DNA of 60,912 bases, filler included, from Stramenopiles sp. TOSAG23-6 (Eukaryota), in the NCBI GenBank assembly GCA_900128565.1. It is 11 parts of 11 records of this genome, joined end to end, with 100 filler letters (N's around TTAATTAATTAA, not from the genome) between each part and the next. Parts side by side here need not be neighbours in the genome. Positions count along the whole stretch, not along the records: positions 55,502 to 60,912 come from LT636911.1; 10 more parts are not named here. One strand, 5' to 3'. The position numbers and the translations under genes were made by a program. Positions 55,584 to 60,912 of this stretch are shown in pieces (the stretch's first letter is position 1; each line of letters begins with the position of its first letter). The notes beneath the pieces are model-generated. The model was given only the letters and a program-made list of their open reading frames with translations, did no database searches and was not told the origin of the DNA.

Positions 55584-58380
55584 ATCATCATTTGAAGAAT
55601 TTTCATCCGATGGATCATTTGTATCTTGAACATTGGTGAAAGGATATTTCGTGAATGATAAATCGATTATTGATTCAAGCTTCATGTATTTTGGAAAAAT
55701 ATTTCAAAAAAAAAACTTAAATTTGTTAGGTACAAAATTACGTACGAAAAAATAAATTCGATTTTTTCGTTAAAAAAAAATAAAACATACATTGACTCGG
55801 TGGTTGATTGATTCGGCAATTGCATTTGTTCACGCCAAAGCCCGTTGAAATTCGCAAGAGATTTTTTGAGAGAGATTTTACTTATAGAGTCATTTGATGA
55901 AATAGAATTTTGGTGTAATGCGTTGACAACTTCAGTATTTAAATCTGGTCTATTTGAGACATAAATATTTTCTTGAGAATTCTTTGGTGGTAATGGTGAA
56001 AGACTGAATTGTAAAGGTAATCTTGATTGAGTCAATATTTGGGTTTGACTTTGTATAGTATTATTTATGTCGCTATTCTCATTATCATTATTTACGTTAT
56101 CATCCGAATCTGGAATCATCCAATCTGAATTTGTACTTTTCGACTTTTTTTTCTTTGATAAAGCCTCTTTTACTCCATTTGCCTTTGACTGAAAAGAAAA
56201 TTCAAGTATTATGAAAAAATATTAAAAAAAAAAAAGTAATTAGGTACGATATTTTCTACGAAAACATATTTTCAAAAAATTGAAGTGGATAACGTACAAG
56301 AATACGGGCGACACGCAAAGAATCTGCAGTTGATAGTAATGTATTTTTGGAAAATATTTTCATTTTTTTTGTTAGGTACAAAATTTAGTACGAAATATAA
56401 ATAAAATTAAAATTGATTCTGAAAACATACGTTGTTTTGGTAAACTTGAAAAATCTGAAGATACATATTTACTTATATATTGCAACCAACTAGATAGAGA
56501 AGCAAAATTTGCTCTAGTATCTGCTAAATCCACAGCGAATTCTTCAATTTTCAATGCTAATATTTCAATACTTCTAATTAATTTATCTGCGCCTTTTGGT
56601 GTCCATCCAACTTGGGTAAACCATTGTTTACAACGTGCCATGCCTCGCATTTCGCCAAGTCTGAAAACGATTACTTTTACAGGATGTTGAAGATGATTTC
56701 TTACAAGATTAGAAATATCAATACACATTTTATCAAGAGCAATTTTCATTCTTTTCAATGCACTCTCAGTGGTCAAAGTAGAGTTAGAAAAGAATTGTGT
56801 TAAAGCGTCATTTGTACCAGATGAAAGTAATGTAAACAATTCATCTTTTGAAGTCTTTGTATGTCCGTACATGTAATGTAAAAAAATATTTCAAAAACAA
56901 AAAAAAAATATTAGGTACAAAATTTCGTATGAAAAAAATTGTAATTTTTTTTTTCAAAAGTTATACAATACTTTTGTAATAAGAGTTGCATTGCTTCCAT
57001 AATGTCTTCAAGTGACTTGATGCCATCTTTCCAAATTTTTTCTATTTTTATAAGTGCAAACTCAGTGTGCTGTATCATACACGAAATATTTGTACTATGT
57101 GTCGCTAAAGCTAACAGATATATCGTGAAAACAAATGTAAAAAAAAAATGGTTAGGAACAGTTTTTTTTTTATGAAAAATTGTTAGGTACTACGGAATTT
57201 TCTATGAAAGAAAAACGTACTCGTTCTCTTTGGTTCCACAAACAACTACTATTTATCACTACAATTTTAGAGTTGTTACTTAAATCAATAATGTTATTTG
57301 AGTCAATATTAAAAAAAAAAAATTTGTTAGGTACAACATTTCGTACGAAAAAAAAATAAATTCGAAATTGAAAACAAATAAAACAAACATGTTATTTGAG
57401 TCAATGGTACTTTTTCTAAAAGAATAGCTGCTCTTATTTTGTAATTTCATGGCTGACATTGATGAACGTTCAACTTTTGAAGGTGGTCGAAGAGTAACTG
57501 TGATTGTTGTAAGATCAGCTGAAGTACAGACATCTTGAACTGCCGTGCATTGGGAAGTATTCAATAAAACACCAGATGAATCTTCAGGAATAATCGCTAA
57601 ATTAATTGTGCAACACACAAAATCACCAAATATAGATAATGCCAATGTGCCACTAGCATCACCACTAATGAGAACATCTTGTTGGCTTAAACGCTGCGTC
57701 TGTGAAGGAAGAAAGGTTTCTACAGCTGCACTCTCGAAATTAGCAAATGCTTGTGTCTTTGGTAGCGGAGGTGGCACCAGAATAAATCTAGAAGTATCGT
57801 CAAAAAATTGAACTTCATTTTCGCGTAAAACTCTTGTGTTTCCCATATTTTGATATCTTTTCGACTGTGGTAGCGGTCGTCGACGACGGAGACGCCAGTG
57901 TTCCCTTTGGACAATAGTCGAAGCTTCAGTTTTTGCTGAGGGCATTGTTGTTGGCGAAAACTTCCGTTGTTGACTTGGCCACTGCAAACATGTCACCGCA
58001 GATTTATGTTTATATGCTAATGGAGTTCGTGGTAGCGCTTCTTTTCTTTCGGTGTCGTAGAATACTAACGAACCGTCTTCTAACCCAAGAGCAAGTGTCT
58101 TTCCGTCGGGTCTCCAAGCTATTGCCGTCAAATTTGCGCTAAAAGCAGATCCTGGAATATTAAATAGATTTTGCCACGGTCGGGACCATCTAATTACACG
58201 CAACTCGTTATCTTTTGTCGTCATTGCCAATAAATCCATCTCAGGGCAACAAGAAATTAACGAGATTTCAGAAGCCATGAGCTTGTCATGGATCTCAACC
58301 ATGAGCATGGGTCCTTCGTCCTCTTCCTCAGAAGACGAACAAGCTGACGAAGAATCTTCTTTCATTTCATCATCGCTCAT
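55584..58380 (-). CDS. ANAPC4: Anaphase-promoting complex subunit 4, multi-exon, 3'-partial
   Basis: SCCPEMDLLAM..WQNLF..AIAWRPDGKTLALGLEDG (APC4 WD40) and ELFTLLSSG..LTQFF..IVFRLGEMRGMAR (APC4 long domain). Confidence 0.88.
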
Positions 58381-58754
58381 TTCTGGGTTGTTGTCTTACT
58401 AAAATCAAATATAATGGACTAGATACACTAACTAGAATGCTCTTAAATCCACAGTACACAGATTTTTAGCACTTTCAAGTTTCTTTGAAGTTCAAATTGT
58501 CAAAAACGACGTCAAAAACTCAAAACTTCAATTTTGTGCAACAATAATTGACTTGTGGTGGTACCCGGAAACAATCATTTTTGTGGGTGTCGCGAGCACG
58601 TGTCATTCTCTTTGTTCTGGATGTACAAACACTCACATAGAAGTCTCTACTAGTAGCCAAGTTTATTTAGACTCCCCGGGTAATATTGCATTTACACGAC
58701 TTGAGTTCATAGATACATTATAATTGTATTCATTCACACAGTAATAACCTGAAA

Positions 58755-59198
58755 ATGGCATCTAAAATTGGGAAAACAGTAGTTAACGTTGCCGCTGCAA
58801 ACTACAAAAGTACGAGTCCAGGACAATTCGCTCTACTGCGAGGTGCCGTGATTTCAACAAAAATGGATAAAACTGCTGTAGTGCAGACACTAAGACTTAG
58901 AAAACATCCTAAGTATGGACATTACGAGCGTATTAGAGACCGTTTTGCTATTCACGATGAAGAAAACTCTTGTCGTGTTGGTGATATGGTTGCGTTTCAA
59001 TACGCTGGGAAAAAAATTAGCTGGACGAAAAAGTATAACTTAGTCGATATTTACAGACCTCAAAACTATATCAATCGTGATAATCCGTCTCAACTAGTTC
59101 CTTTAGAAACTGATTTAAATAAAGAAATCACCGAAAGACGATTTAAAGGAACTCCCTTTGATGTGCGCTTTTCTGCAGAAGACTCGAGTAACAACTGA
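58755..59198 (+). CDS. MRPS17: Bacterial-type ribosomal protein uS17, probably nuclear-encoded mitochondrial
   Basis: LRGAVISTKMDKTAVV..HPKYGHY..AIHDEENSCRVGDMV, with an N-terminal presequence-like extension. Confidence 0.85.
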   Translation: MASKIGKTVVNVAAANYKSTSPGQFALLRGAVISTKMDKTAVVQTLRLRKHPKYGHYERIRDRFAIHDEENSCRVGDMVAFQYAGKKISWTKKYNLVDIYRPQNYINRDNPSQLVPLETDLNKEITERRFKGTPFDVRFSAEDSSNN

Positions 59199-59660
59199 TT
59201 GAACTACACATGTAACCCTAACCCTAATTGTTACTAGTACAAAATACGAAACAACGAAAAAACAACGAAATATTGTAATGAAAAATATTTCATGCTAACA
59301 ATAATGATGTAATGAGTGTATTTATAAACCAATCGTTCGAAATGTTTGCATAGTATAGTAGAAGTAGTTTTACTTTATACAAAAATCATATAAAATATAT
59401 AGCGTTGTTGCACACATCTAATTATTAAACAAATATTTTTTTTTCGATCGGTTCCCGGTACCTATACATCGATCGGTTATTTTTAGATACACAGTTACAC
59501 AAAGATTTAGATCATCTTGTCGTAGTATCCAAAGAATTTCAAATTGAGCTAACCTTTCATTGAAGTGATTCAATATTTTTTGCCAATAGTATCACATCAA
59601 TAGTATCCTTTGACATCTGGGTACATACGCGGCACTAATAAAGTCAGATTTTTGAAAGAA

Positions 59661-60912
59661 ATGAGTTCAAGCAAAGATGACAACCTTGAACAAATTTACA
59701 GGGGAAAGTATCCATTCACAGTTAAAGACCTTACTAGTGCAATGATATCCGCTGGAGCACGTGCAAGTCTATCGCAAATGAGAAAATTCTGTTCCGAGCA
59801 TAATCTAAGACTTCGATCTAGTGATAAGGTTACTCTGGAACAATTTAAAGAATTTGTATATACTGTGAAAGACGGAAGACGAATTCAAACTTCTAGGTCG
59901 AAACTACAAAAGGAGACATCTTCTTCACCTGTGAATAGACGTAGTATGGCGAGCAATATGTCTCATACCACAGATGATTCACTGGACAACTCATTCAATG
60001 ATATTAGTCCAAGAAGATCAGCGAAAACTTTATCTCGCAAAGAAGAAAAAGAATTAGAAAATATTTATGCTGATGAAAAACCACTTCCCTCAAATAAAAT
60101 GGCAATGGCACTTCGTCAAATTGGTCTACAACCTACTTTACAACAAACTAGAACATTTCAGCGTAAGGAAAATCTTACACAAAGTGAATACGTTACATTN
60201 AAGCAATTCAAAGCATTCTATGCTCATTGCAAAGGTATAACNTCAAATGTGTCAAAATCTAGAAATACAAACATAAACTTTGANGAAGGCGATAGAATTG
60301 AAGCTGACTTTGAAGGTCGTGGGCGTTACTACAAAGGGAAAATTAAAATGAAACGATCTGATGGTACATATGATATATCNTACGACGATGGAGAAAGTGA
60401 GAGAAGAGTCAAAGCTTCTCTNATACGCTCTTTAGAAAGNAGTTCTTNAGATAAATACAGTGATAATAATAAACTTCGTGAAGGTGATCAAGTAGAAGCG
60501 GACTATGCTGGAAGAGGTAGATATTTTCGTGGTAAGATTACAATGTGTCGCTCAGATGATACATATGATATTAGATATGAAGATGGTGATTCTGAAAGAA
60601 GAGTTAAACGAAATTTGATTCGCTCACTAGAAAAATCAAAACCAACAGGAAGAAACAAGTTTAGCGATGATGACAGTGACGATAATCTAGATACCATATC
60701 NCGCANAGATGAAAAAGAATTAGCAAATATTTATGNTNATGAAAANCCACTTCCTTCAAATAAAATGGCAANGGCACTTCGTCAAATGGGTCTACGACCA
60801 TCTTTACAACAAACTAGAACATTTCAGCGTAAGGAAAATCTTATGCGAACTGATAATGTTACATTTAAGCAATTCAAAGCATTCTATGCTCATTGCAAAG
60901 GTATAACGTCAA
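59661..60912 (+). CDS. Tudor-repeat protein with degenerate EF-hand-like modules (3'-partial; absent from the ORF track)
   Basis: Open from ATG 59661; two Tudor units EGDRIEADFEGRGRYYKGKI..DGTYDISYDDGESE; ~216-bp direct repeat at ~60032-60248 and ~60697-60912. Confidence 0.78.
   Translation, partial: MSSSKDDNLEQIYRGKYPFTVKDLTSAMISAGARASLSQMRKFCSEHNLRLRSSDKVTLEQFKEFVYTVKDGRRIQTSRSKLQKETSSSPVNRRSMASNMSHTTDDSLDNSFNDISPRRSAKTLSRKEEKELENIYADEKPLPSNKMAMALRQIGLQPTLQQTRTFQRKENLTQSEYVTXKQFKAFYAHCKGIXSNVSKSRNTNINFXEGDRIEADFEGRGRYYKGKIKMKRSDGTYDIXYDDGESERRVKASXIRSLEXSSXDKYSDNNKLREGDQVEADYAGRGRYFRGKITMCRSDDTYDIRYEDGDSERRVKRNLIRSLEKSKPTGRNKFSDDDSDDNLDTIXRXDEKELANIYXXEXPLPSNKMAXALRQMGLRPSLQQTRTFQRKENLMRTDNVTFKQFKAFYAHCKGITS

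Larger units (their letters stand above)
1..57388. mobile_element. Dispersed Introner-like repeated intron family (roughly 50 or more copies, ~90-175 nt), with non-canonical splice ends
   Basis: Recurrent consensus RTAYGTTTTATTTTT...AAAAATCGAATTTTT(T)CGTACGAAATTTTGTACCTAAC..TTTTTGAAATATTTTTCCAAAATAC+2 nt. It interrupts conserved ORFs in sense orientation, and removing it restores known protein motifs. The copy count is a manual estimate from TACCTAAC cores. Confidence 0.93.

Noticed and set aside
9299-58380. Functional clustering of APC4/APC5 or of the karyopherins XPO1, XPO7 and IPO9
   Set aside because: They lie on different contigs placed together only by length sorting
179-60912. Alternative genetic code
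   Set aside because: Long conserved exons translate cleanly with the standard code, and TAA, TAG and TGA all end genes

Overview
This window is not one locus. It is 11 eukaryotic contigs of about 5.4 kb, sorted by decreasing length and joined by artificial 100-nt N...TTAATTAATTAA...N spacers. The source is an AT-rich, flagellated protist (IFT80 present, TTAGGG-type repeats; possibly a stramenopile, which is inference) using the standard code. Recognisable genes: XPO1, HOOK, TENT4/TRF4, ANAPC5, a Sec14/CRAL-TRIO protein, an MFS nodulin-like transporter, RWDD2, XPO7, DNA2, MCPH1-like, TTLL, IPO9, transketolase, LETM1, PIP5K, IFT80, a USP-ankyrin protein, AMBRA1-like, ANAPC4, mitochondrial uS17 and a Tudor-repeat protein. 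The main finding is one family of roughly 50 or more ~90-175 nt repeated introns (Introner-like) that makes up essentially every intron seen. Consensus: RTAYGTTTT...TTTCGTACGAAATTTTGTACCTAAC...GAAATATTTTTCCAAAATAC-NN. Copies lie in the sense orientation of their host gene, have short inverted termini (GTAT...ATAC) and usually a 2-bp target duplication. Conserved proteins are restored only if most copies are removed at non-canonical ends: mainly GT-AT, also GT-AC, AT-AC, AT-AT, GT-TT and GC-AT, and rarely GT-AG. The same repeat accounts for most contig breaks and for several out-of-phase gene chimeras. Also seen: a TA-flanked MITE, in-frame telomeric (CCCTAA)n tracts encoding Asn-Pro, and a whole-contig palindrome that is probably an artefact.
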